Shown: in pieces, positions 25,087 through 36,258 of the stretch
Layout: each line of letters begins with the position of its first letter
How positions within the stretch are numbered: position 1 is the first letter of the stretch
DNA from: Octopus vulgaris
Taxonomy: Eukaryota
Direction: 5' to 3'
NCBI GenBank assembly: GCA_951406725.2
Contig: OX597816.1
Coordinates: 61,132,001 to 61,196,000, forward strand
DNA length: 64,000 nt
Position numbers and translations under genes: made by a program
Notes under the pieces: model-generated
The model's input: only the letters and a program-made list of their open reading frames with translations
What the model was told of the DNA's origin: nothing
Database searches by the model: none

Positions 25087-25996
25087 TATAAATATATATT
25101 TAATTCATGTTGTATATAAATGCTGTCCTACATAAACCATTAACCTGAACTTCATTTTAGAATTTCCAAGGAAGCTCTAAGGTGATACACAAGCAGTCAG
25201 CTCTGAGTGCACTGCGCAACAGCAGAAACACCTGTAAGCCAACAAAGTTGATCAAATAATTCTTATTCCTTTGACATTTAACTAATTTCATATTATACTT
25301 TGTACTTAACTATTGCTTTATTCTGAAGCATATGTATATTGTGTTGTAACACCAGGTTATTAGTATTACTATGCCTCAGTAAAATGCAGCGCTAATCTGA
25401 TAATCAATATTGACCACACAGACTTAATGTATATACTCAGTATGTTTGCCGGTAGGCTGTGGTTTAGCATGGTGGAGGTTACTCCCTCACAGTGCTGGGT
25501 GTTAAAACACTTGAAAGTCACGGATAGGTGAGACAACTTATCCCAAATCCCATTGTCGACACCGTGCTAAATTGCAGCCTTCCAGTGAACACACAGTAAA
25601 TATACATTGTATGTGTGTGGTTGATAATGTATATTACACTAGTGCTGCCTCTATATCATATTTGAATTTATTCTTATGTATACATTGTCGGGGCATCCCA
25701 GCACATAGTTTTTATAATATATGTGTATAAATCACGGACTGGTGGTACGATTCACTTCTGATTCAGTTCAGGTACATAATGTTGATAAGCCACAAAGATA
25801 TTTTTCAACTACTATTTTCATATTCTTATTACTTGCTCTGGCTGGGTTTTTTTTTTTTTATGAATATGTGAATCTTTATTAGAAATCATTCTTTCTCTCT
25901 TTTTGAACCTCTCAAAAAGTTTGAATTGTTCTTTTTGAACTTATTTTTACCCTATATATATATATATACTTTATTTTAAGCAGCAGAAAATTCAAC

Positions 25997-26043
25997 AAAA
26001 TCTGTTACTCTGAGTTTCTCGTTGCCGTTCATCAGACAGTTTT
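25997..26043 (-). ncRNA. Minimal type-I hammerhead ribozyme
   Basis: Reverse complement of 26059-26105; tcatcag at 26029-26035. Confidence 0.75.
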
Positions 26044-26058
26044 TGCTAGATTCTAGCA

Positions 26059-26105
26059 AAAACTGTCTGATGAACGGCAACGAGAAACTCAGAGTAACAG
26101 ATTTT
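26059..26105 (+). ncRNA. Minimal type-I hammerhead ribozyme (GUA site)
   Basis: ctgt-CTGATGA(26067-26073)-acggcaacga-GAAA-ctcagagTA-acag. Confidence 0.75.
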
Positions 26106-26202
26106 GTTGAATTTTCTGCTGCTTAAAATAAAGCATATTACTCTACCACTGGTATTTGAGTACTCTTTTTTCCACCTTGTTTCACATTTATGTGTTTACT
26201 CC

Positions 26203-26267
<65 letters not shown>

Positions 26268-26364
26268 ATCCAAACATGAAAACACAAAGAGAAAACACAA
26301 CAACGCGAAGACGTGGAACAAATATAGTATTATTGGACGCTCAGGAAGGAAGGGAAGAAGGAGG

Positions 26365-26399
26365 GTTTTACGTTTCGAGTGGAGCTCTTCGTCAGAAAC
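26365..26399 (-). ncRNA. Minimal hammerhead with palindromic ACGU stem III, in a PLE-terminus-like repeat (26264-26479)
   Basis: Minus: gttt-CTGACGA-a gag ctcca ctc-GAAA-CG-TA-aaac; decayed truncated relative at ~38790-38880. Confidence 0.8.
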
Positions 26400-26924
26400 A
26401 TAGGAAAAGGAAAGATCCAGAGAAGAGAAGACGGAGGAAAAAAAATCGCCAACGGTACACACGCAGTCACATTTTGAAAACACACAGATTGTTGTCAACT
26501 TACGATCACAATTGATTCTAATTTGGTCGTAAGTCGGCCTATAGGTCTACATAGCTTTGTTTTATATTTTTACATTCTTAAGGTACATTCTCAGGTAAAA
26601 GTCACACACAGCATTCTGTATTATATATTATATTAGAATGTTATGGAGAAATAATCATTGTGAAGGAGAAGCTGTTCTCCTGCAACAAACAGAACAAAAA
26701 TAAATATGCATGTGTTATGTCATACGTTCGGATGCTTCTACTAATCTACTCTGCTCGACTTCAACTGACCGCTACTCAACTGTTCTAGTCTCTGACGACG
26801 TCTAGACTTTTCCCTCTATATCTACATATGGGCTAGCCTACTTCATCATCTGGGCGCATCGACACAACAACATGTCATTATTTCAAATCCACTGTTCAAT
26901 GTGCAAATGCATATATATATATAT

Positions 26925-27134
26925 AATTATAAATTAGGGTATCTACGAGATATCACCATGCTGAAAATAGCAGCCATGATCTGACTCTAAAACCACCATA
27001 ATTGTCCATATATCAATATGGAGAGATTGTTTTCTCTCCGTGTTGATAGATGGACAATTATGGTGGTTTTAGAGTCAGATCATGGCTGCTATTGTCAGCA
27101 TGGTGGTATCTCGTAGATACCCTAGTTTATAATT
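26925..27134. repeat. ~102-bp inverted repeat with 6-nt loop, between (TA)n tracts
   Basis: 26925-27026 vs 27033-27134 with few mismatches. Confidence 0.9.
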
Positions 27135-27220
27135 TTAATAATTATTACCTCTGAAGGCTATTTTTTCCATGCTGACCAGTTGATAAAATCGTTATTTTAT
27201 TTTTAAATTAACGATCTTAT

Positions 27221-27269
<49 letters not shown>

Positions 27270-27271
27270 CA

Positions 27272-28267
27272 AATAATCTACACCCTAATATTAAATTCAC
27301 AAGAGAAATGACCAACACACAATTACCATTTCTTGACATAATAGTAATTAAAAACAACACCGCAATCATGACTGATATTTATTACAAAAGCACAGATACA
27401 CACCAGTACCTGAATTTCAAATCATGCCACCCAACACACACAAAACGCAACATCCTGTACTGTCTGACCAGGAAAATTTGGACTATAGTCGATGATCCAA
27501 ATACCAGAAACACACAACTTATAGAACTTAAAGGATTTCTGCTCAAGCAAAATTACCCTCCCCTACTTATAGAAAATAGCATACAACAAACAAAAGAGAT
27601 ACCTATAGAACAACTTAGAGAAACATGAAAAAAATGAACCCACCAACGGAAAATAATACCATTTATAGTAACACACAATCTGCATCACCAAAACATTTTT
27701 AACATCATCAAAACAAATTTGGCAATCATAGAACAAAATGAAAAATTAAAAAGCATAATAACTAATCAAACACTTATCTTAAGTAAAAGGCCACCACATA
27801 ACCTAAAGAAACTATTAACAAAGGCAAAATTCAAATAAGATACCACATTCACAGTATTCAAGTGCAATGATGACAGATGTGGAACGTGTCAATACATGCA
27901 TATGGGTAGCTGCATTAGAACAAAAAATGGACAGATTTTTGCAAATGCAGATATGAACTGCAAAAGCAGAAATTTGATTTGCTGCATTAAATGCCCGAAT
28001 TGTGAGGAATTACATTCAGGTGAAACGGGGAATGTATTATGGGAATGCTCATGAGTCCACAGACAAGAAATCTGGAACATCAATGTTTGCCAAATTCCAT
28101 TGAGTGAACATACAGAGACATGTAGTCAGAGAATGTTTCTAATTTTTCCTTTCCACAAACTACTTGACACAAGTGAGGTTGGAAGAAAGATAAAAGAAAA
28201 ATGGTTTATTAAAATATTCAAACTTGTTCTGAAAGGAAATAACAGCAATAATATAACAACCAGGTAA
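27272..28267 (+). pseudogene. Penelope-like element: RT C-terminus/thumb plus GIY-YIG endonuclease, with stops and frameshifts
   Basis: NNLHPNIKFT..LPFLDI..TDIYYKSTDTHQYLNFKSCHPTHTK..NYP; then CNDDRCGTC...NCKSRNLICCIKCPNCEELHSGETG (decayed GIY-YIG)...EKWFIKIF. Confidence 0.9.
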
Positions 28268-28399
28268 TGATGTGGATTAATAAATATAAACAAGTTACAG
28301 ATTGCGGATTGATCAAAAAGGGATTCTAAAAATTTAGCTGGTTGGAGCATTCTAAGAAGTACTAAAATTGTGAAGAACTCAACTGTCAGTTAAACAGAT

Positions 28400-28450
28400 T
28401 TGAAATCTGATGAGTACACTATGTATGAAAGCATTAATTATGTTAAAATA
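28400..28450 (+). ncRNA. Hammerhead-core motif in the PLE 3' terminal region
   Basis: CTGATGA 28407-28413, stem II gtac-actat-gtat, GAAA 28427-28430; stems I and III poorly formed. Confidence 0.45.
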
Positions 28451-28551
28451 CCATAAAAAAATGTGAAAACCAGACTGTTTTAACTTTATTCAACTGATAT
28501 CCTATTCTATACACATTCACACAAATTCAAAACAAAATACATACACACACA

Positions 28552-28610
<59 letters not shown>

Positions 28611-28874
28611 GTGGGTGGAGATTTCTGTACAGGTTGTGTTATATAAACAAAAAAAATGGATGAAAATGCGCAATAACGTTAAGAGAATTGCCATGATGTT
28701 TTTACACAAATTAAAGAGACAAAATCAAGTGTAATATTTCATTTAAATATATTATTCAGATGTGGATTTATCAAATAGATATAGTTATATTCATTTGAAT
28801 ATAATATATTCAATATATTTTTCGTTTTGGGATTTGGTTTACAAGATTCTTTATATGAGTTCGTGTGTTGAAGC

Positions 28875-29086
28875 ATATTCTATTGTGTCTGGGGAGAGTC
28901 ATTTTCTCTTTGTGCCTTATAATTTAACACACTCACCGGTAAAATTTCCACGTTTTTCTTTTTTTTATTGTCCTAAAATTTTCATTGCATCTTGCAACCT
29001 TTTCAATAGTTAGAAATTTTACTGGTGAGTGTGTTACATAATAAGGCACAACAGGAAAATGACTCTCCCCAGACACAATAGAATAT
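28875..29086. repeat. ~74-bp inverted repeat with ~64-nt spacer
   Basis: 28875-28948 vs 29013-29086. Confidence 0.85.
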
Positions 29087-30065
29087 TCAATATATATATA
29101 TAAGATATATATAAGGTTGAAAATCTTGTAGCTGGACAGAGAACTGGGATATCAGGTTACAAGAAAAAGCGGAAATGAAAGCAAATGATTAAGTAATAAA
29201 CCAGTTAGTGTTGAGTTTTAAACAAAAGACTGCCTCAAGGAGATTGATAGGCAGCTACATTGAAGAAATCAGATAGATAAGTCAATAGGTAAATACTCTA
29301 TCATATAAAGAGTGGTTAGTTGCATTTTGATTTAAGGCAGGTCATAAATATTTGTGTTTACTTCACACACCTGCACAGACACACAGACACACACACATAC
29401 GCATGCGTTTGTGCACTCCCCTTCCCACTCCTAAGTCAATGATATATTGTATATATACAAACAGTATATGAATATTCATGAGTGCACCCATGTAAGTGTA
29501 TCTGAAGTGCTCTTAAGTCAAGGAAATTGTTAACCATTTAATCAGGGTTTATATTTTATATAATTGTCTTCCTTTGTTAATTCATTGTTGTTCCAAGAAT
29601 TTGCAAAATAAAAATATTTTAAAAGTTGATGGTTCCATTCTGGTACTTGTTGCTATATGTCCGTTTAATAAGATTTTCCTGTTTTCTCCCCCACCATTAT
29701 TTGTTGCTTGTGCATTGTCAATCTTCTGTGAAACACTAAACATGTCTGTCTTATGTAGTTTTGCAAACATCCACAACATGTAGTTGCACAAATCAAATTA
29801 AAAATGTAAAAATCATGCCAAAACTAACTTCACCTGTGCTAGTGCCATGTAAAAGGCACTGAGTCCACTCTGTGGAGTGGTTGCTGTTAGGAAGAGCATA
29901 CAACTGTAAAATCCCTGGCAAAACAGACACAGTAGCGTGGGGTAATTTTCTTACCTGGCTGGCTCTTGTCAACTGTCTTACCCATGCATGGAAGATGGAT
30001 GTTAAACAACAATGATGATGGTGATGATGATGATGATACATATATATAAACACAAATAGTATTTA

Positions 30066-30160
30066 AAATTTACTACAGCTGATTTGATAGAATCTTTATT
30101 TAATGTGTTCATAAAAGAATACATCATAATACATAATCCATCATTATCAGATAAAATTTT
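30066..30160 (-). ncRNA. Degenerate long-stem-II hammerhead (left arm of a foldback)
   Basis: Minus: aaaattttat-CTGATAA-tgatgga...tctatc-AAATCAGCTGTA-gtaaatttt. Confidence 0.45.
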
Positions 30161-30224
30161 AAGCAAGGTAAGCTTTTAAACATCAAACTGGACATAATTA
30201 ACATCCAAATTGAAGTTTAAAATA

Positions 30225-31566
30225 TAGGGTGTTTCAAAAGTCTATGTCACATTTTAAGAACTCTTATATCGTGAACTACAAATGGTAGCATGATTGAACT
30301 GGTACCATTTAAAAGCTAAGTGTCAAGTTTCCTTCTGTTAAAATTTAATTTTAATTTAATTAATTAAATTTTTTTTTTTTTTTTTGTCTATTTTCAAACT
30401 CAGTAATGTCATTCACAAAACAAGAGAAGTCATTTTGTGTTCTAGAATATGCTAAAACCGAAGCATGGACACGAGTTGAATGCAAATTTTGTACAATGTT
30501 TACCAAGTAGGCACCAGACAGACATTCCATTTTGAATTGGCAGGCAAAATTTAAGGAGGCGGGGACATTTATGCCTGGCAAAGAGAACAGGATGCCCCTC
30601 AACTTCAGATGATACAGTTGAACAAGTTCAACAAGCCTTCCAGCGCAGCCCCCAGAAATCAATCAGAATAACCAATTGAGAACTTCAGTTTCCATCAACG
30701 ACTGTTTGGTGCATCTTAAGGAGACAGCTGCAGTTCACACCATACAAGCTGCAATTGGTTCAACAGTTGAAGGACACTGATAAACCTATTCACCATGAAT
30801 TTTGCACAGAAATGCCAGAGAGGTTGGAAGAAGATGGATTTAATGACCGGCTTGTTTTTAGCAACAAGGCAACCTTCCACGAAAGTGGCAAAGTTAACAA
30901 GCATAACACACACATATGGTGAACTGAGAACCCTCATATAACGCTGGATCATGTGTGAGATTCCCTTAAGGTAAATGTGTTCTGTGCTATATCAAAGAAA
31001 TATGTGTATGGACCATTCTTCTTTGAAGAAGGAACAGTCAATGGTGAAATGTACCTTGCCATACTGCAAAACTGGTTGATGGAAACATTGCATGAGGAGG
31101 AGTCTGCAGACTTCATTTTCCAACAGGATGGGACATCACCTCACTGGAGTCTTAAATTTAGTATCTGAACACCACTCTGCCTGATAGACGGGTCAGGACG
31201 TTCCGGACAAACTGACTGCTTGTTCCTGTGATGGCCACCTGGGTCTCCAGACCTCACACCCACCAGAGGACTTCTTCCTCTGGCGGGTATGTGAAAGGTC
31301 TCTCAGACGTGGATGATCTGAAGACTCAAATAACTGAAGCCTTGGCAACCATCGACAATGCTATGCCTGGTTATGCTTGACAAGAATTGGATTATCGTTT
31401 GGATGTGTGTCATGTAACCCAAGGCACTCACATTGAACATCTATAAAAACCTGTATAGAAAAGTGGAAATATTAGCTTTCAGAAAATATAAATTGTGTTT
31501 TGATATCCTCAGTAGTCATTAAGATATACAGTGTCGTAATGTGACATAGACTTTTGAAACACCTTG
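30225..31566 (+). mobile_element. Tc1/mariner-superfamily transposon (DUF4817-like N-terminus), full length but decayed
   Basis: TIRs agggtgtttcaaaagtctatgtcacatt / aatgtgacatagacttttgaaacaccttg with TA on both sides; MSFTKQEKSFCVLEYAK...YGPFFFEE...FQQDGTSPHW...WPPGSPDLTP. Confidence 0.9.
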
Positions 31567-31578
31567 TATTACCCATTT

Positions 31579-31621
31579 AAAATTTTATCTGATGATGATG
31601 AAAATAGCTGTTGTAAATTTT
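31579..31621 (+). ncRNA. Degenerate hammerhead, stem II nearly deleted (right arm of the foldback)
   Basis: aaaattttat-CTGATGA(31589-31595)-tgat-GAAAATAGCTGTT-gtaaatttt. Confidence 0.45.
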
Positions 31622-31914
31622 AAACACCATTTGCATTTACATTTTATTTCTATGCCATATGAAGGACCCATTCACAAGTCAGATCTAAAGTTTAAATTAG
31701 ATTTAGGTGTAGCAAATGGCGGTGCCCCAGCATGGCCACAGCTCATAAGCTGAAACTAGAATCAATCAATCAATCATATCTACAGTATCCTACCAACACT
31801 TGATGCATTCAGTGCTGTTTATTTCAGTGTAAGCTCTATGTTATGACCGAACCATTTCTGGCATCCTATAAATTGATGTGCCTTGGTTCTTATGAATTCA
31901 TATAATATATTCTT

Positions 31915-32141
31915 TTGTGTGTTTCAGCCAAAAGAGTGTGGCCATTCTGGGCACCATCAGTGTTATCTCCTTTTCAATGGTTATACTTATGCGATTGGCT
32001 TTTGGTGAAGGAGGGAGTTCAACATTGCTTCTCAGTATTGAGTTTCTTGCCATGATGTAGGTTCATCTGGGGCCTTGAACAGCAGGAGGACAAGTTGCTT
32101 CTTGAAAACATCTATCCTTACTCCATATAGATCCCTCAGAT
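31915..32141 (-). mobile_element. CR1-like LINE 3' end
   Basis: Minus frame HLRDLYGVRIDVFKKQLVLLLFKAPDEPT...NSLLHQ, then tail ggtgcccagaatggccac...gctgaaac; tail-only copy at ~31715-31760 (+). Confidence 0.65.
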
Positions 32142-32176
32142 GTATGTATATATATGTGTGTATATATGTATATAAT

Positions 32177-32592
32177 GAAGGTAGTGGGTAGCAATTTTCT
32201 TCACTACTTCAGGGAGTGATGACCCTGCCTGACACAAGTTCTGGGCTCAGCTGGCTCCAGCTGACAGTACCTGGTATGGACCCCTATCCAAGATTACGGG
32301 AAGGAGACAACCTTCAAAGAAATCAGGAGTAGAGCCCTGTAGGCTGTTTAGTGTTCGATTCAACACTCTTCCAGCAGCTCCTGCAACCAAGCTGGTGCCA
32401 AACGTAATGCTCTGCACTCTTTTGGACTATGTCAGCAAGGTTGAGAGCAAGGTTGGGGCTACCCAGGATTTTCTTACATCTAGCCCAGGCCCGCGCAAAA
32501 CTGGAGAGGACATGAAATGTAAACACCAGACTGGATTAGTTGTTTATGTGCAACTCCATTGTCTCCCGAGACAAAAAGATGCCAACAACAAT
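32177..32592 (+). mobile_element. Unclassified interspersed repeat with (caa)n-like tail
   Basis: GC-richer block between microsatellites ending gccaacaacaa; single copy in window. Confidence 0.35.
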
Positions 32593-32702
32593 ATGTATAT
32601 AATACATGTATATATGTATGTGTATGTGTATATAATACAAGTACATATATGTATGTAAATGTATATGATATATACACACACAAAATATATACATAGACAC
32701 AG

Positions 32703-32733
<31 letters not shown>

Positions 32734-33130
32734 CGCATCATCATGATTGTTTAACATCTGCTTTCCATGCTAGCATGGGTTGGACGGTTTGGCTGAGGAC
32801 TGGCAAGCCAGTAGGCTGCATCAGGCTCCAGTCTAATCTAGCAAGGTTTGTACAGCTGGATATCTTTCCTAACACCAACCACTCTGAGAGTGTAGTGGGT
32901 GCTTTTTACATGCCACCAGCATGGGAGCCAATCAAGGATGGTGCCTGTTAAGTGCCACTGGCATGAGAGCCAGTCAAAGGGCATTGATATGTACATATAT
33001 ACTACAGGGCTATAGTAGAAGACATTTACCTAAGTTGCTTTGCAGTGGGAGTGATCTCAAAACAACAGGGTTGGGTAGCAACTTCTTAACCATACTACTA
33101 TTCTTTTTATGCATATGCATGTATGTATGT

Positions 33131-33422
33131 GTGGAGGCACATGGCCTAGTGGTTAGAGCAGTGGACTCGCGGTTGAGGGAACGCGGGTTCAAATCTCAGA
33201 CCGGGCGATGTGTGTGTTTATGAGCAAAACACCTAAGCTCCATGTGGCTCCGGCAGAAGGTAATGGCAAACTTCTGCTGACTCTTTCGCCACAACTCTCT
33301 CTCACTCTTTTCTCCTGCATCTTGCAGCTCACCTGTGATGGACCGGCATCCCGTCCAGGTGGGGAACCTATACGCCAAGGAAACTAGCCCTTATGAGCTA
33401 GGCATGGCTTGAGAAGGAACAA
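33131..33422 (+). mobile_element. tRNA-derived SINE, family B
   Basis: A box tggcctagtgg, B box ggttcaaatc; tail cccgtccaggtggggaacctatacgcc...gagaaggaac shared with 14899-15147. Confidence 0.85.
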
Positions 33423-33462
33423 TCAAAAACATGTATGTATGTATGGATGGATGGATGATATA

Positions 33463-33627
33463 CGAGGGGGCGCTGAAGAAATTCCTAGCTTTAAGGGTAC
33501 ACGAAAGGTCTGATTGGAAGCCTGACCTTCCAAGTTCTTTTACGAGGCTTAAAACTGAAGGACCACTGCATTAAGTGTGTGAATCTGAGAGGGAAATATG
33601 TTGAACTTTTCAGCACCCCACTCCTTG
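33463..33627. mobile_element. Mariner-derived MITE
   Basis: ta-cgagggggcgctgaagaa ... aacttttcagcaccccactccttg-ta imperfect TIRs. Confidence 0.55.
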
Positions 33628-34139
33628 TATATATGTAATGTTGAGGCATCACAGAAGTGGTGTATAGCAATTCTCATCCAAGTATGTGGCTTCCTGAGAG
33701 TAGATGTCATTGATTAGGTATGAAAACGTTGAAATGCCCCTGGTGTTCTCACTAACAGCTGTCAGGACTGTTTGTTTGTTGCTGATATATTGTTTTCATC
33801 ACAGCATGTCCAATAACAGATTTTTCTTCAATGAAAACAATATTAACTTGCCTGCCTACACTGTATATACATAAGAATAATGCATAGATAGCTATTTTAT
33901 TTAAATATTACTTCAGTTATGTACACAACATTATTTATTCAGCCTGACAGTTATTTGCAAAACTTGTGAATGCATTATTCACTGTTTCTTATACCAGGGG
34001 AGACAAATTTTGTCCTGTCATGTGGCTAGTTGCAAATACTCATCATTGATAAAGTCCACTGAAGCCAAAATGTACCTGGCATTCTCACTGGCACTGATGG
34101 GATGATTTGTCATCTTCCATGATATTCTTCTACATGTTT

Positions 34140-34555
34140 CAAATTTCTTTATTGCCCACAGGGGGCTAAACACAGAGGAAACAGACAAGGAAACACAAAG
34201 GGATTAAGTCGATTACATCAACCCCAGTGCGTAACTGGTACTTAATTTATTGACCCCAGAAGAATGAAAGGTAAAGTCGACCTCGACAGAATTTGAACTC
34301 ACAATGTAACAGCAGACGAAATACCTATTTCTTTACTACTCACAAGGGGCTAAACACAGAGGGGACAAACAAGGACAGACAAACAGATTAAGTCGATTAT
34401 ACCGACCCCAGTGTGTAACGGGTACTTATTTAATCGACCCTGAAAGGATGAATGGTAAAGTCGACCTCGACAGAATTTGAACTCAGAACATAACAGCAGA
34501 TGAAATACCGATAAGCATTTTGTCCGGCATGCTAACGTTTCTGCCAGCTCATCGT
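34140..34555 (-). mobile_element. Nin/Deu-like SINE with tandem duplication of its 3' ~180 bp
   Basis: Block ...gtcgacctcgacagaatttgaactca...cagcaga occurs twice (34145-34325, 34328-34505). Confidence 0.85.
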
Positions 34556-34569
34556 CTTATATATTCTTC

Positions 34570-34930
34570 TACATGTTTCAGTCATTTGACTGTGACCATG
34601 CTGGAGCACCACCTTGAAGGGTTTTTAGTTGAAGAAATTGCCCCCAGGACTTATTCTTCATAAGCCTAGTACTTATTCTATCAGTTCTTTTGCTGAACTG
34701 CTAAGTTACAGGGATGTAAACACACCAACATCAGTTGGCAAGCAATGGTGGAGGGGCAAACATACGTAAACACATACATATAGATAGATACGATGGGCAT
34801 CTTTCAGTTTCCATCTACCAAATCTACTCACAAGTAGAAGACACTTGCTCAAGGTGCCATACAGTGGGACTGAACCCAAAGCCATGAGGTTGGGAAGTGA
34901 GCTTCTAACCACACAGCCATGCCTGCACCT
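34570..34930 (-). mobile_element. SINE family A
   Basis: Reverse complement of the 14057-14454 type, with internal deletion. Confidence 0.85.
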
Positions 34931-35689
34931 ATGTATGATATATGTATGTATTGTATTTTTTAATATAGCATGCCCATAAGATGTTTTATCTCGGACAAAA
35001 GCTGCAGTAATTTGCTTGCCAACTGTATATACATGGCTCTCTCTGTTTCTGTCTCTCTCTCTCACTATTTATATATATATATATGCTAGCTCCTGATCTG
35101 TGTATTCCACCCACGCGTAATCAGAAAATTTTTAACTCACCCTACCCCAACAAACCAATCTACATCCCCACATCTCTTCTCTTTTTCCCTCCTTCATACA
35201 CTTTGCCTCGCTCTCACTGCCCAATCCTGTCCTTACAGCCCTGTTCCTCTGTATCATTGCCATCCGGTAGCCCCACCCCCAACTCTATAGCTACCCAGGT
35301 TTTTGCCACTCACTCCCTCTCCTTTGCACTCTTTAATCAAACTTCTTTTGCTATATCCTGCCACTAATATATTATGGCATTCGAATCTCAATGCTGTGCT
35401 CTGGCACTTGCCACCATCTCTTTCGCTCTCTTCCTTTATTCAACCATCCCATTTATATTCTGATCCCCATCCCTTGTGAGTATGCCCAGCATTTTGCCAC
35501 CATCCCTATCCCGCTGTCTTCCACTCTTTCTCCATCTCCTGCACTTCCCTCAGGTTGGGTAACCATTGTATTTCCTTTGCAGCAGCACACCTGTTTCTGT
35601 CTTCATTCCTGACCTCTCTCTCTCCCCAGCCAGGTAACCTTGTACTTCCTCTACAGCAAGATACCTTTATCTGTCTCTCTGTCTCACTA

Positions 35690-36050
35690 TAACCATGCTG
35701 GAGCACTGCCTTTAGTCAGACAAATTGACTCCAGGACTTATTCTTTGTAAGTCTAGTACTTATTCTATCGGTCTCTTTTGCCAAACCGCTAAGTTACAGG
35801 GACATAAACACACCAACATCGGTTGTCAAGCGATGTTGGGGGTACGAACACAGATACGCAAACAAACACTCATACACACATATATATGATGAGCTTCTTT
35901 CAGTTTCCTTCTACCAACTCCACTCACAAGGCTTTGGTTGGTCTGAGGCTATAATAGAAGACACTTGCCCAAGGTGCCATGCAGTGGGACTGAACCCTGG
36001 ACCATGTGGTTGAGAAGCAAGCTACTTACCACACAGCCACACCTGCACCT
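35690..36050 (-). mobile_element. SINE family A
   Basis: Reverse complement of the 14057-14454 type. Confidence 0.85.
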
Positions 36051-36078
36051 ATAAAAAAGACTTTCCCAAGCAGGGAAC

Positions 36079-36111
<33 letters not shown>

Positions 36112-36258
36112 TGTATGTATGTATGTATGTATGTATGCATGCATGCATGTATGTATGTATGTATGTATGTATGTATGCATGTATGTATGCATATATGTAT
36201 GGCTGCAGTGTAATGACTGAAACAAGTAAAAGAATAAAAGAATAACAGAATATATATA

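Larger units (their letters stand above)
25969..26203. mobile_element. Perfect palindromic element (82-bp arms) plus 3' tail, with a hammerhead on each strand
   Basis: 25969-26050 is the exact reverse complement of 26052-26133; (TA)n on both flanks. Confidence 0.85.

Noticed and set aside
26639-26872. Possible solo LTR (tg...ca)
   Set aside because: No TSD and no second copy
32177-32280. Possible HDV-like ribozyme at the 5' end of a repeat
   Set aside because: Could not build the P1/P1.1/P3 nested pseudoknot by eye
33133-33205. tRNA gene
   Set aside because: SINE head: stems do not pair fully and it continues into a SINE body
35083-35690. Pro/Ser-rich ORFs in pyrimidine-rich DNA
   Set aside because: Compositional bias, no recognisable domain; probably repeat-derived
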